Shown piece after piece: positions 39,459 to 52,682 of a stretch of 64,000 nucleotides of DNA. How positions within the stretch are numbered: position 1 is the first letter of the stretch; each line of letters begins with the position of its first letter. Origin of the DNA: an uncultured Gemmatimonadaceae bacterium (GTDB lineage Bacteria > Gemmatimonadota > Gemmatimonadetes > Gemmatimonadales > Gemmatimonadaceae); NCBI GenBank assembly GCA_963781585.1, contig CAWAGQ010000013.1:502597-566596 (forward strand), written 5' to 3'. The notes under the pieces were generated by a model that searched no databases, was not told the DNA's origin, and saw nothing but the letters and a program-made list of their open reading frames with translations. The translations under genes were made by a program, and so were the position numbers.

Positions 39459-40307
39459 GTGACCGCACCTAACGAACGCACCAGACCCATCGCCCTCGTC
39501 ACCGGCGCCTCCGGCGGCATCGGCCAGGCACTCGCCTCCCAGCTGGCCGCCCGCGGCTACGACCTCGTCCTCGTCGCGCGCCGCGAGGAACGACTCCGCG
39601 ACCTGGCCGCATCACTGGCCCGGTCCCACAGCGTGCAGTGCGAAATCGTTGTCGCCGATCTCGCGAAGCATGAACAACGCGAGCGCATCATCCGGGACCT
39701 GGAACCGCACCGCGACCGCGTCGAAATCCTGATCAACAACGCCGGATTCGGCACCCACGGCTACTTCCGCGAGACGGACCTCGAGCGCGAGCTCGAGCTC
39801 ATCGCCGTGAACTGCGACGCTCCGGTCCACCTCGCCAAGCGCATCCTCCCGTGGCTGCTCGCGCGCCGTCGCGGCTTCATCATGAACGTGGGCTCGGTCG
39901 CGAGCTTCACTCCCGGACCGGTGATGGCGCTGTACTACGCATCCAAGGCATTCCTCCTCTCCTTCTCCGAGGCCCTGTGGGAAGAGTGCCGAGCGAGCGG
40001 TGTCGCCGTCACCGCCCTCTGTCCCGGCCCGGTACGCACGGGATTCCAGGAGGCCGCCGGCGTCGTCTCGACCGCGCGATCGAGCATTGCCGCGCCGATG
40101 TCGGCCGATGACGTCGCTGCCTCCGGCCTGTCCGCGATGTTCGCCGGGCGGCGACTGGACGTCCCCGGGGGCGCCAACAAGCTCTCGGTCTCCCTGATGA
40201 GGTGGCTGCCGCGCACGTTCGCCCTCTCCACCGTGCGCAAGTTCCAGGAGGAACGCCGCCGCCAGACCCGGCGCGCGCGCGGACTCCCGGACGACACCAG
40301 CGCCTAA
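39459..40307 (+). CDS. SDR family oxidoreductase
   Basis: TGASGGIG, NNAGFG, YYASK. Confidence 0.92.
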   Translation: MTAPNERTRPIALVTGASGGIGQALASQLAARGYDLVLVARREERLRDLAASLARSHSVQCEIVVADLAKHEQRERIIRDLEPHRDRVEILINNAGFGTHGYFRETDLERELELIAVNCDAPVHLAKRILPWLLARRRGFIMNVGSVASFTPGPVMALYYASKAFLLSFSEALWEECRASGVAVTALCPGPVRTGFQEAAGVVSTARSSIAAPMSADDVAASGLSAMFAGRRLDVPGGANKLSVSLMRWLPRTFALSTVRKFQEERRRQTRRARGLPDDTSA

Positions 40308-42043
40308 CGCGCGCGCTCCCGCACCTCGGCATTCACCCGGAACGCCGGCGCCTCGTAGTCGCTCGGGCGCTGGTCGGCGGGAATGGCGATCGTGTTGCCG
40401 TCACGTGCCGCCATGTAGTGCGGCGACATGATCTCCACCCCCGCCTTCGCGAACTCATCCTGGATGTTCTGGTGCAGTTCGCCGTAGGTCACCGCCATGC
40501 GGCTCGCCTGGTCGGTATAGGCGTTGATCTCGTACGACACGAAGAAGTCGTTCAGGGCCGTCTGCAGCACGAATGGCGCCGGCTTCTCGAGGATGCTCCT
40601 GGTCCGTGCCGCCGCCGTGATCAGCAGCTCGTGCACGGTGCGCCACGGCGCATCGTAGCCGATCGTGACCGTCGAACAGAGAATGAGACCGTCGTTCTCC
40701 GCGCGCGTCGAATAGTTCACGATGTGGCTGGCCAGCACCGCCGCGTTGGGGATTGTGATCTCCACGTTCTTGATGGTCCGCACCCGCACCACCAGCAGGT
40801 TGCTCTCCACCACGTCGCCTACCGTGTCGGCGATCTTCACGCGATCGCCGGGGCGAAACGGGATCATGTAGGTGAGGACAATGCCGGCGACGATGTTCGC
40901 CACCGCCGACGTCGATCCGAGCGAGAGCAGGACGCCAAAGAAGATCGACACGCCGCGAAACGCCGGTGACTGGGAACCGGGCAGATAGGGAAACGCGATG
41001 ACCGTGGCGAACGCCATGATCAGGAAGCGCACGATCTTGTAGGTGGGGTCGGCCCACTCCGCGTGAAAACTGGGGAGATGGATCTCACTCCGCTCCACGG
41101 CGTCGAAGAAGAGCTTCGTAGCGCGCATCACGAATCGGGCGATCACGACGATGATCGCGATGTACAGGACCTTCGGCAGGTAGCCCAGCACCGAGAGCGA
41201 CGTGTCGCGCACCGCCGACCACCCGTAGTCGAACATCCGGCCCGCCACGCCCCGCGTCCACGGGAAGAACCCCAGGACCAGCTGCACGTAGATGGCCAGC
41301 GCGACCAGCATCAGAACCACCCGGAGCGCCCGAACCATCCGAATTGCCGCCGCGGTCAGACGGGCCGCGGAAATGAACTCCACCCGCTGGAACCGCACGC
41401 CGCGAATGCGCGTCCCCTGCCACGATCGAACCTCGCGCGCCAGTCGCGGGAAAAGGTTCCCGGTGACCCGGAACAGGAGGAAGAGCAGGACGGTTGTGAT
41501 CGCCGTGAGTGCCAGCCCGATTCCAATTCCGCGCAGGCTTCGACCGCTGAACTCGTCTCGCAGAGCCTGACTCAACTGCACCGCATAGTCGGCCGCGAGT
41601 TGCTCGCGCGTGCGTCCGGTGGGTGACGCGTCGGCGTCGGTGACCGACAGCACGAGGGTCTCGCCGGCCACCAGATCGCTGGTGCGCTCACGCTCCACCA
41701 CGCGAACCGAGTCGAGCGTGCTGGACGGGCCGGACGCAATCTTCGCCAGCCTCCCCTCGATCGCGGCCGCGCGCTCGGCGGGACTGAGATCGCCGAGTCG
41801 GGACCGCACGGTGAACAGCGTCTGCCCGCGGAACCGGACGGACGCCTCGACGCCCGACGAGATGCCCGTTTCGGTCACGATCTGGGCGTCGCCGCGTGGC
41901 GCCACGGTCAGAACGCCGGCACCGGACGCAAGGACCGCCAGGGCGAGCGCGCGGAAGGTCTCCACGGCGGAAAGGCAACGCCCGCGGCTGCCGATTGTCA
42001 ATCCCGCATCGGCCAGACACATTGGCAGCCATGCGAGCGACAC
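40304..42043 (-). CDS. MscS-family mechanosensitive channel with periplasmic N-domain (start uncertain)
   Basis: ANIVAG..PFRPGDRVKI..GDVVE..ITIPN, VTIGYDAPW. Confidence 0.9.
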   Translation of the reverse strand: MSLAWLPMCLADAGLTIGSRGRCLSAVETFRALALAVLASGAGVLTVAPRGDAQIVTETGISSGVEASVRFRGQTLFTVRSRLGDLSPAERAAAIEGRLAKIASGPSSTLDSVRVVERERTSDLVAGETLVLSVTDADASPTGRTREQLAADYAVQLSQALRDEFSGRSLRGIGIGLALTAITTVLLFLLFRVTGNLFPRLAREVRSWQGTRIRGVRFQRVEFISAARLTAAAIRMVRALRVVLMLVALAIYVQLVLGFFPWTRGVAGRMFDYGWSAVRDTSLSVLGYLPKVLYIAIIVVIARFVMRATKLFFDAVERSEIHLPSFHAEWADPTYKIVRFLIMAFATVIAFPYLPGSQSPAFRGVSIFFGVLLSLGSTSAVANIVAGIVLTYMIPFRPGDRVKIADTVGDVVESNLLVVRVRTIKNVEITIPNAAVLASHIVNYSTRAENDGLILCSTVTIGYDAPWRTVHELLITAAARTRSILEKPAPFVLQTALNDFFVSYEINAYTDQASRMAVTYGELHQNIQDEFAKAGVEIMSPHYMAARDGNTIAIPADQRPSDYEAPAFRVNAEVRERAR

Positions 42044-43290
42044 GTACCGGGTTGTGGATCATCGCCCTCCTGGGTGCGGGGGCGGCGTGCCGGGGCAGCA
42101 GCGGATCCGCCGCCGGTGCGGCGAGGGCGACAGATGTCGTGGTAGTGCCGTCAACGGTCCGGTTGCGCGCCGGGGAAGGTGTGCAGCTGGTGGCTCAGGT
42201 GAACGACTCGGTGGGGCGCCCGGTGGGCGCCGCGGACGTGCTGTACGCCGCTGCAACCGACGCCGTCATTCGAGTGAGCAGCGCGGGCTACGTGGTCGCG
42301 CGCGGTCGCGTGGGGAGCGACACGGTGCGGGTGACCAGCGGCGCATTGACCCGCGCCGTCCCCGTGACCGTGACCGCCGGCATTCCTCGCCAGATCCAGG
42401 CGCTGTCGGGATCCACCCAGCTCGGCGAGGTGGGAACCTCGTTGTCCGATCCCCTCGCACTGCGTGTCACGGACGCCTTCGGCAACCCCGTGCCGCGTGC
42501 GTCGGTGCACTTCGAATCGTTCGGAGGGGGCACGCTCGAACCGGCGACGACATTCACCAACGCCGCGGGAGAGGCCCGCAGCGTCTGGACGCTGGGCACC
42601 GTGGCTGGTGCGCAGACAGCGGTCGCCACCTGTGACAGCATCACGGCGACCTTCGAGGCAACCGCGGCGCCCGGAGCACTGGCCAAGGTGGAGCAGGTTG
42701 GCGTTCCGGAGCGTCGCGCGCACGCCGCGGACACCATCGCCGTCCGGCTGCGCGCGGTGGACGCGCACGGCAATGGTGTTCCCGGTGTCGCGGCGCTGTT
42801 CACGGTCAGGGGCGGCGGCGGATCGGTCCAGGGCGATCGCGCCGAGACGGACGCCCAGGGCCTGGTGGCGGGGCGGTGGGGCCTGGGACCGAAGGTCGGC
42901 GTCAACGAACTGGAGGCTCGCATCCGCGACGTGCGCGATACGACCTTGCGCTTCATGCTCCGCACGGTCGCCGCCGCCCCCGCGCGCCTAACGACGGTCG
43001 CGGGCGATCAGCAGCGCGCGAACGCGGGCGCGGCGGTGTCCGCTGCCCCTGTGGTGCAGGTGGACGATGCCTTCGGCAACCCGGTCCCATCGGTACACGT
43101 CCGGTTCGCGGTGGTGGGCGGCTCCGGTACCGTCGAGCCGGCTGAAGGAGTGACTGATGAGCGCGGTCGCGCAGCGGTCAAGCGCTGGACCCTCGGGCAA
43201 CCGGGGCCGAACTTTCTCGCGGTCACAGCAGACGGCGTCCCCGACACGCTTCGCTTCTCGGCGACCGCGAGAGCCCGACCGGGTGGATGA
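42031..43290 (+). CDS. Lipoprotein with tandem bacterial Ig-like domains
   Basis: Lipobox GAAC; repeated VxDAxGNPVP..V.F..GG...T...G.A...WTLG units. Confidence 0.85.
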   Translation: MRATRTGLWIIALLGAGAACRGSSGSAAGAARATDVVVVPSTVRLRAGEGVQLVAQVNDSVGRPVGAADVLYAAATDAVIRVSSAGYVVARGRVGSDTVRVTSGALTRAVPVTVTAGIPRQIQALSGSTQLGEVGTSLSDPLALRVTDAFGNPVPRASVHFESFGGGTLEPATTFTNAAGEARSVWTLGTVAGAQTAVATCDSITATFEATAAPGALAKVEQVGVPERRAHAADTIAVRLRAVDAHGNGVPGVAALFTVRGGGGSVQGDRAETDAQGLVAGRWGLGPKVGVNELEARIRDVRDTTLRFMLRTVAAAPARLTTVAGDQQRANAGAAVSAAPVVQVDDAFGNPVPSVHVRFAVVGGSGTVEPAEGVTDERGRAAVKRWTLGQPGPNFLAVTADGVPDTLRFSATARARPGG

Positions 43291-43502
43291 GCGGTCCGGA
43301 GCTCCGAGGTTGCGCCGCTCTGGCTCGCCGCCCGGCTGGACAGCGGGCGGGAGACTCGCGACCGTACACGAAGACATTTTCCCGCGTAGCCCTCCGATGA
43401 CCTCTCCTGCCGCCGGGGCCAGTTCGCTCGTCCCCGACGCCGCGATCCCTGACCGCATCGGGTACAGGGAATCTTCTCGAACACGCCGCAACCACTACGG
43501 AT

Positions 43503-43928
43503 ATGCCACGTTCTCCGCGCAAGGTGTCCGCCCGTCGCGAGCGACGCGCCCCGCTCCCGGAACCCGAAGTGCTCTCGAAAGAGGGCAAGTCGGCACGCGG
43601 GCGCACAACCGCGTCGACCACGCCGCTCGTGATCCGGACCCATGGAGTCGACCTGGATGACGCGACGCGGACTTTCGCGCACGAGCGCGCAGGCTTCAAG
43701 CTCGCGAAATTCGCCCTCTATATCGAGCAGGTGACGCTGCATGTGGACAACGTGAGCCGCCCCACCGGCACACCGGCTATTGCCTGCCGCGCCGTCATCT
43801 CGGCGGCGGGATTCGATCCGATTGTCGTGGAGTCGGAGAGCCGTGACGTGCGCGACGTCATCGAGCAGACGCTCGAGCGGAGCGAACGATCAGTGCGGCG
43901 GGCGATCGAGCGGAGGCAGGGGAAGTGA
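43503..43928 (+). CDS. HPF/RaiA-like ribosome-associated protein
   Basis: IRTHGVDLDDATRTFAHER..KLAKFALYIEQVTL..CR..IVVE pattern. Confidence 0.65.
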   Translation: MPRSPRKVSARRERRAPLPEPEVLSKEGKSARGRTTASTTPLVIRTHGVDLDDATRTFAHERAGFKLAKFALYIEQVTLHVDNVSRPTGTPAIACRAVISAAGFDPIVVESESRDVRDVIEQTLERSERSVRRAIERRQGK

Positions 43929-43957
43929 TCCTGCAGGCCACAGGGGAAGGATATAGC

Positions 43958-46930
<2,973 letters not shown>

Positions 46931-47132
46931 AAAGCTAACGGAGTGCCGAAGGGGTCTCGACGTGCGGCGGTGTGCCGTGCCGGAAGGGGCAAGTCACGTT
47001 CTCATCGATGCTTGCGGCCTTCCCGGTTCGGCGGATACTTTCCGTCGCCTCACTGAGCAGGTCCGTGCTCGCGGGTGGAGGTGCCGCGCGTCACATCGCG
47101 CGGCCGTTCCGAGGGATCGACAGTCAAACTTC

Positions 47133-48617
47133 ATGCCCTATCTCCGGCTCGACGACACGCATTTTCCCCTCCTGCCAGGAGAGACGCGTGTCGGGAGAGG
47201 CCGCGGGGCCGATGTGGGGCTTCCGTCGGACGGTGACACGGAGTCGATTGACGCGATCGTCACGGTGGGGATGGACCAGTCGGCTTCGGTACGCCGGGCC
47301 TCCCGGGACGCTTCGATCGCGGTGAATGACGTCGCGCTCGGAACGCAGCCAACGCCCCTTTTCCACGGTGACCGGATCACAATCCAGGGAATCCAGCTCC
47401 TCTTTGCCGACGAAGCACATTCGGGCCTGACCACGCAGGTGGCCGTGGTGCAGAACGGAGAGGCCGACGCCGGGACGCAACGCGGTGCCGGTGGTGCCCC
47501 ATCGGCTCCTACCGCCATGCGCGGCTCGCGGGGGCGTGGGAGGCTCGTGTCGCTGACCGACGGACGGGAGTACACCGTGGGCAGCGGCGGGCTGTCGTTT
47601 GGCCGGGATGCGGCATGCGACGTGGTGATTTCGTCGAGCGAGGTTTCGCGTCGCCATGCCCGCATCGAGCTCAGGCCAGAGGGATACGTCCTGGTGGATC
47701 TGAGCACCAACGGGCTGCTGGTGAACGACGAGCGCGCGGCGCGCGTACGACCCCTCGCGCGCGGCGACCGGATCGTGATCGGGCCGGAGGAGTTTCGCTT
47801 TCACGCAGATGTCGAGATTACCGTGGAAGTGAAACCGCCTCCGATCATCCTCGCCACGCCGCCGGCCCCTGCGAGGTCTCCGATCGCGGCAGCTGAGGTC
47901 CAGCCGCCGCCGGCTGCGACGTCTCCGAACGCGGCAGCTGAAGTCCCGCCACCGCCGGCCCAACCCGTGACTGCCGCCCCGGACGCCGTCTCGTCAGCCG
48001 CCCTGGACTCCGCTGCATCCACCGCGCCGACCGCTGTCTCGCCGGCTGCTGGACGCTCTCACCGCAGGCCCGTGCTCGCGACGCTCGAGAACATCAATGA
48101 AGGGCCCGGCAAGGGGACGCGATTCGAGATTCGTGGTCCACTCACGCACGTAGGGCGGGGCGAACACAATGACCTCGTCATCCCGAACGAGAGCGTGTCC
48201 GACACGCACGCCAAGATTCAGCGTCGCGAGGGCGGTTGGTTCGTGGTCGACATCGATTCCACGAATGGCACCTACGTGTCCGGTCAACGCATTCTCGGTG
48301 AAGTACCCCTCACCTCCGGGACCAACCTGCGTTTCGGAGGCGTGAAATTCGTTTTCCGGAGTGCCACACCCGAGCGCGACGAGGCGAGCGGGACTCGGGT
48401 GATCGTGGGGTATCAGCCGGCTGCGCCGGCGGAGCCCATGGCCGTGTCACTGGAGTCGTCGACCACGGCGGCGCAAGGAGTTGGATCGGAGCCGGGAGAG
48501 GACCTTCCCGGGGTTCCGACCGGCCTGCCGACGGAGCCCGGCATCCCAAAGTGGTTGCTGGGCGGTATTCTCTTGCTCGCGTTCGTCGTAGTCTATCTCA
48601 TTCTCCAGACTCTGTAG
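47133..48617 (+). CDS. Protein with three FHA domains, Pro/Ala linker and C-terminal TM
   Basis: [40 protein letters not shown]; degenerate first FHA. Confidence 0.88.
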   Translation: MPYLRLDDTHFPLLPGETRVGRGRGADVGLPSDGDTESIDAIVTVGMDQSASVRRASRDASIAVNDVALGTQPTPLFHGDRITIQGIQLLFADEAHSGLTTQVAVVQNGEADAGTQRGAGGAPSAPTAMRGSRGRGRLVSLTDGREYTVGSGGLSFGRDAACDVVISSSEVSRRHARIELRPEGYVLVDLSTNGLLVNDERAARVRPLARGDRIVIGPEEFRFHADVEITVEVKPPPIILATPPAPARSPIAAAEVQPPPAATSPNAAAEVPPPPAQPVTAAPDAVSSAALDSAASTAPTAVSPAAGRSHRRPVLATLENINEGPGKGTRFEIRGPLTHVGRGEHNDLVIPNESVSDTHAKIQRREGGWFVVDIDSTNGTYVSGQRILGEVPLTSGTNLRFGGVKFVFRSATPERDEASGTRVIVGYQPAAPAEPMAVSLESSTTAAQGVGSEPGEDLPGVPTGLPTEPGIPKWLLGGILLLAFVVVYLILQTL

Positions 48618-48710
48618 CGCAACCGCACTCATCGACACTATGGTGAAGAATTGCGCTCTCGAATCTCCTCTTTTCAGTAGCTCCTGTCCGAATCCGTTCA
48701 CCGCCATGGA

Positions 48711-49508
48711 ATGTCCCTAGTGGAGATGACCGTCGCGGCCCGCAGCGATGTGGGCATGATCCGATCCGGGAACGAGGATTCCTTCTTCGTCCTGCCTTCG
48801 AAGGAGCGAGGTGTCTTCATCGTCGCCGACGGGATGGGTGGGCACGCCGCCGGCGAAGTGGCGAGCGAGATGGCGGTGCAGATCATCTCGCGCGAGCTGC
48901 AGGAGGTGCGGGACCTGCATGGCGAAGCGGCTCGCGAGCGGCTCGCCACCGCCATCCGGACCGCCAACCGTGCCATCTACGACCGGACGATCGCCGAGTC
49001 GGACAAGCAGGGAATGGGGACCACCACGTCGGTACTGATGGTGGCGGGGGCGCGTTACCTCATCGGGCAGGTGGGCGATTCGCGGATCTACCTCCTCCGT
49101 GATGGCGCTCTGAAGCAACTGACCAAGGACCATTCCTACGTACAGGAGCAGGTGGACGCCGGGCTGCTGACCCCCGAGCAAGCGCGATACCACCCCTATA
49201 GCAACGTGATCACGCGCTGCGTCGGGGCGAGCGAAGAGGTCGATCCGGATACCTTTGCAGGCGAGCTGCGGGTCGGCGATGTGTTTCTCGTGGCCAGCGA
49301 CGGCCTCACCGGCATGGTGGACGATCGCCGGCTGCAGCAGCTCCTGCTCTCCCGGGCCTCGGCCGGTCGCGTTGTGGACGCGCTGATTGCCGAAGCGAAC
49401 TACCGCGGTGGTCTGGACAACATTACCGCAGTCGTGGTGCAGGTCACGGCGGTCGACTCTCCGCAGGCCGACGAGGACACTGACGAAAAGCCCGCGGTAT
49501 CGACCTGA
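48711..49508 (+). CDS. PP2C-type Ser/Thr phosphatase (Stp1/PrpC)
   Basis: NEDS, VADGMGGH, GMGTT, VGDSR, SDGL, GGLDNIT. Confidence 0.94.
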   Translation: MSLVEMTVAARSDVGMIRSGNEDSFFVLPSKERGVFIVADGMGGHAAGEVASEMAVQIISRELQEVRDLHGEAARERLATAIRTANRAIYDRTIAESDKQGMGTTTSVLMVAGARYLIGQVGDSRIYLLRDGALKQLTKDHSYVQEQVDAGLLTPEQARYHPYSNVITRCVGASEEVDPDTFAGELRVGDVFLVASDGLTGMVDDRRLQQLLLSRASAGRVVDALIAEANYRGGLDNITAVVVQVTAVDSPQADEDTDEKPAVST

Positions 49509-49524
49509 TTCCGTTGGAGGGAAG

Positions 49525-49695
49525 GTGGCGGACAGTGAGGTCGGGGAGCTGGCGGAGCTGTATCTCGGCAACATCCTGTATGCGCTGGAGCGCACGGCGC
49601 TCGCCCTGGAGAACGAGGGCAAGCCTGAAGATGCGGCCTTCTACCGCGCCATCGCGCGCAAGCTGGCGGAGGCGCGGGGGAAGAGGGGCAGCTAG
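49525..49695 (+). CDS. Small helical hypothetical protein (56 aa)
   Basis: GGAGGG RBS before GTG; typical codon usage. Confidence 0.6.
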   Translation: MADSEVGELAELYLGNILYALERTALALENEGKPEDAAFYRAIARKLAEARGKRGS

Positions 49696-50963
49696 CGCAG
49701 AAGCGGATCGCCGTCCGCCACCCGCCTCCGCACGTCGCCGGCCGGCATGTTGACCAGCGCCAGGACCTGGCGCCGCTCCAGCGAGACCGGGCGTGCCACG
49801 AAGACCCGCAGCCAGCGTGCGGAGCGGTAGAGTTCCTGCGAGAGCATCGGCAGGTTGATCGCGCCCAGGATGCCTTCGCCGGTCAAGCGGCGCACCTGTC
49901 CGTCGCGACCGAGCACGGGCAGATCGAGATCGAGCATCTGGGTCTTCATCGGGTAGTCGAGCAGGAGTTCACCCGGCGCCAGCCCGAGTTCGCGCGCCAG
50001 CGCGTCTTCGGCGGCGAGGGTGAGGGTCCGGTCGGCCGCGAGCCACTCCGCCGCGTCGGTTTCCAGCTCCGCGCCGGGACACTCGAAGGCGCGCTTGTAC
50101 AGCCGGCGCTGGCGCAGGCCCTCCAGCAGCGGGGATGGGGCGCGCTGCTCCAGACGGTGCAACAACCCCTCGTCGCTGAACGCCACCAGATTCGCCGCGT
50201 CCAGCGCGCCCCGTGCGATCGCGTCCTCCACCAGCCGCTTGTACATCGCGGTGGCGCTGCGCACCGCATGATGCCAGTAGACGTTGCGGTACATCTGGTA
50301 CTTCGCGAAGAGCAGGGACTCGAGTGCGGAGAGGCCTTTTTCGGCGAGTCCGATCACGTCTGCGCCGGTCGCCGGGTCCGGGACGATGGTCAGCGAGTGG
50401 ATCAGGCGATCGACGTCGATTTCGCCGTAGGGGACACCGCACATGAACGCGTCGCGCTTGAGGTATTCGATCTTGTCGAGATCCAGCGAGCCCGAGATGA
50501 GCCCCTGGAGCGGGCTGGCCGCGGCGCCCCGGATCAGCGCCCAGATCTGCTCCGGGGCGCCGCGGCCGACGCGCTCCCGGAGCTGGGCGGCGACCTCTCC
50601 CTCGGAGAGGAGCGCCCGGGCCACGTCTTCATGATGCGGGGCGCCGATTTCCTCGAGGGCGTGCGAGAACGGATAGTGGCCGATGTCGTGGAGGAGTGCG
50701 GCCGTGCGGACCGTCACCACCTCGGCCTCGGGGAGCCGGGCCAGTGCACCGCGCCCCCCGAGCAGCGCCAATGTGCGCCCGGCGAGGTGGTACGTGCCTA
50801 ACGCGTGCTCGAAGCGGGTGTGGGTCGCGCCGGGATACACCAGGTGCGCCAGACCGAGCTGCCGCACGTAGCGCAACCGCTGGAACGGGCGGGTGTCGAC
50901 CAGGCGCAGGGCCAGGTCGTCGAGGCCGATGTTGTTCCAGAGCGGGTCGCGGATGATATCCAA
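49692..50963 (-). CDS. HD-domain phosphohydrolase (SAMHD1/YdhJ-like)
   Basis: FQRLRYVRQLG..YPGATHTRFEHALG, LLHDIGH.PFSH, MYRNVYWH. Confidence 0.92.
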   Translation of the reverse strand: MDIIRDPLWNNIGLDDLALRLVDTRPFQRLRYVRQLGLAHLVYPGATHTRFEHALGTYHLAGRTLALLGGRGALARLPEAEVVTVRTAALLHDIGHYPFSHALEEIGAPHHEDVARALLSEGEVAAQLRERVGRGAPEQIWALIRGAAASPLQGLISGSLDLDKIEYLKRDAFMCGVPYGEIDVDRLIHSLTIVPDPATGADVIGLAEKGLSALESLLFAKYQMYRNVYWHHAVRSATAMYKRLVEDAIARGALDAANLVAFSDEGLLHRLEQRAPSPLLEGLRQRRLYKRAFECPGAELETDAAEWLAADRTLTLAAEDALARELGLAPGELLLDYPMKTQMLDLDLPVLGRDGQVRRLTGEGILGAINLPMLSQELYRSARWLRVFVARPVSLERRQVLALVNMPAGDVRRRVADGDPLLR

Positions 50964-50964
50964 A

Positions 50965-51042
50965 GCTGTCAGCCGACAGTGATCAGCCGTCAGGAAGAGC
51001 GATCAGTGGTGAGCGAGCAGCTGACCGCGTTCGGCCGTCAGT
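50965..51042 (+). repeat. Degenerate CAGYNRY heptamer repeats in intergenic region
   Basis: cagccga cagtgat cagccgt caggaag .. cagtggt gagcgag cagctga ccgcgtt cggccgt cag. Confidence 0.65.
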
Positions 51043-52665
51043 TCAACCTTTTGGCCCCGCCGTCACGATTGCCGGGTCCATCTTCCCGAACTTCTCGAAG
51101 TTCCGGCGAAACATCTCGGCAAGCTTCCGCGCCTGGGTATCGTAGGCCCCCGGATCACGCCACGTCTTGCGGGGAGTCAGCACCTCGGCCGGCACTCCCT
51201 GGACGTCGGTCGGGCTGGCCAGGCCGAAGATCGGATCCACCTCACGCGGCGTGCTGTCGAGCGCCCCGGAGAGGGCCGCGCGGACCATCGCCCGCGTATA
51301 GGCCAGCTTCATCCGAGCGCCGACGCCATAGGGCCCACCGCTCCATCCGGTGTTTACGAGCCAGACCCGTGACTGGTGCTTGTCGATGAGCTTCCCCAGC
51401 ATCTCGGCGTACTTCCACGGATGCCAGACCAGAAACACCGCGCCGAAGCACGAACTGAACGTCGCCTGCGGCTCGGTCACCCCGCGCTCCGTCCCCGCGA
51501 CCTTGGCCGTGTACCCGGACATGAAGTAGTACATCGCCTGCTCGCGCGTGAGGCGCGCGATCGGAGGCAGGACGCCGAAGGCATCGGCGGTGAGAAAGAC
51601 CACGTTGCGTGGATGGCCGCCCCGTCCGCTGGGCACGTGGTTGCGGATGTAGGGCAGGGGATACGACGCCCGCGTGTTCTCGGTGATCGTCTGATCCTCG
51701 AAGCGCACGCGCCGGGTGGCCGGATCGAGCGTCACGTTCTCGAGGATCGTACCGAACATCTCGGTGGTGGCGTAGATGTCGGGCTCCTGCTCGCGCGACA
51801 GGTTGATGACCTTTGCGTAGCAGCCTCCCTCGAAGTTGAACACGCCGCCGTCCGCCCACCCGTGCTCGTCGTCTCCGATCAGCGACCGCTCGGGATCGGC
51901 GGAGAGGGTGGTCTTCCCGGTCCCCGACAGGCCGAAGAAAAGCACGGTGTCGCCTTTCGGACCCACATTGGCCGAACAGTGCATGGACAGGACGCCGTCC
52001 TTCGGCATCAGGTAGTTCATGACCGTGAACATCGCCTTCTTCAATTCGCCGGCGTAGCGGGTTCCGCCGATCAGGATCATCCGTCGCGCGAGGTGAAGAA
52101 CGATGAACGTGCCGGTCCGCGTGCCATGGCGCTCGGGCGTGGCCTGGAACTCGGGGGCGTGGAGGACCACGAAGTTCGGCTGAAACGACGCCAGCGCATC
52201 GACGTCGGGCCGGATGAACATGTTGCGCACGAACGCGGCATGCCACGCGTTAGGCAACACGTAGCGCACGCTCAACCGGTGCCGCGGATCGGCCCCGCAG
52301 AACAGGTCCTGGACGAACAGGTCGCTCGCGCCGTTCAGATAGACGCGCACGTCGGCCAGCAGCCGGTCGAAGGACGCTTCGGCAAGCGGCTGGTTCACCT
52401 TCCCCCAATCCACGACGCCGTCGCTCGCCGTCTCACGCACGAGGAACTTGTCGTTGGGCGAGCGCCCGGTGTGCGGTGCCGTGACGGCGACGAATGGCCC
52501 CATGTCGGCCAGCACCCCTTCGTCGCGCCGTACCGCCTGCTCGATCAGGGCCGCCGCCACGAGATTCCAGTGTATGGTGCCCGACGGGTCGAGCCCCTGG
52601 ACGTCGAGTCCCTGCCGCTGCTCCGATTCGAAAGCGGCAGCGGCGGGAGGTGTTTGAGTCGCCAT
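51043..52665 (-). CDS. pckA: Phosphoenolpyruvate carboxykinase (ATP)
   Basis: TGRSPNDK, YAGELKK, FFGLSGTGKTTLS, LIGDDEHGW, NFEGGCYAK. Confidence 0.97.
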   Translation of the reverse strand: MATQTPPAAAAFESEQRQGLDVQGLDPSGTIHWNLVAAALIEQAVRRDEGVLADMGPFVAVTAPHTGRSPNDKFLVRETASDGVVDWGKVNQPLAEASFDRLLADVRVYLNGASDLFVQDLFCGADPRHRLSVRYVLPNAWHAAFVRNMFIRPDVDALASFQPNFVVLHAPEFQATPERHGTRTGTFIVLHLARRMILIGGTRYAGELKKAMFTVMNYLMPKDGVLSMHCSANVGPKGDTVLFFGLSGTGKTTLSADPERSLIGDDEHGWADGGVFNFEGGCYAKVINLSREQEPDIYATTEMFGTILENVTLDPATRRVRFEDQTITENTRASYPLPYIRNHVPSGRGGHPRNVVFLTADAFGVLPPIARLTREQAMYYFMSGYTAKVAGTERGVTEPQATFSSCFGAVFLVWHPWKYAEMLGKLIDKHQSRVWLVNTGWSGGPYGVGARMKLAYTRAMVRAALSGALDSTPREVDPIFGLASPTDVQGVPAEVLTPRKTWRDPGAYDTQARKLAEMFRRNFEKFGKMDPAIVTAGPKG

Positions 52666-52682
52666 CGGCGAATTCTCGGAAA

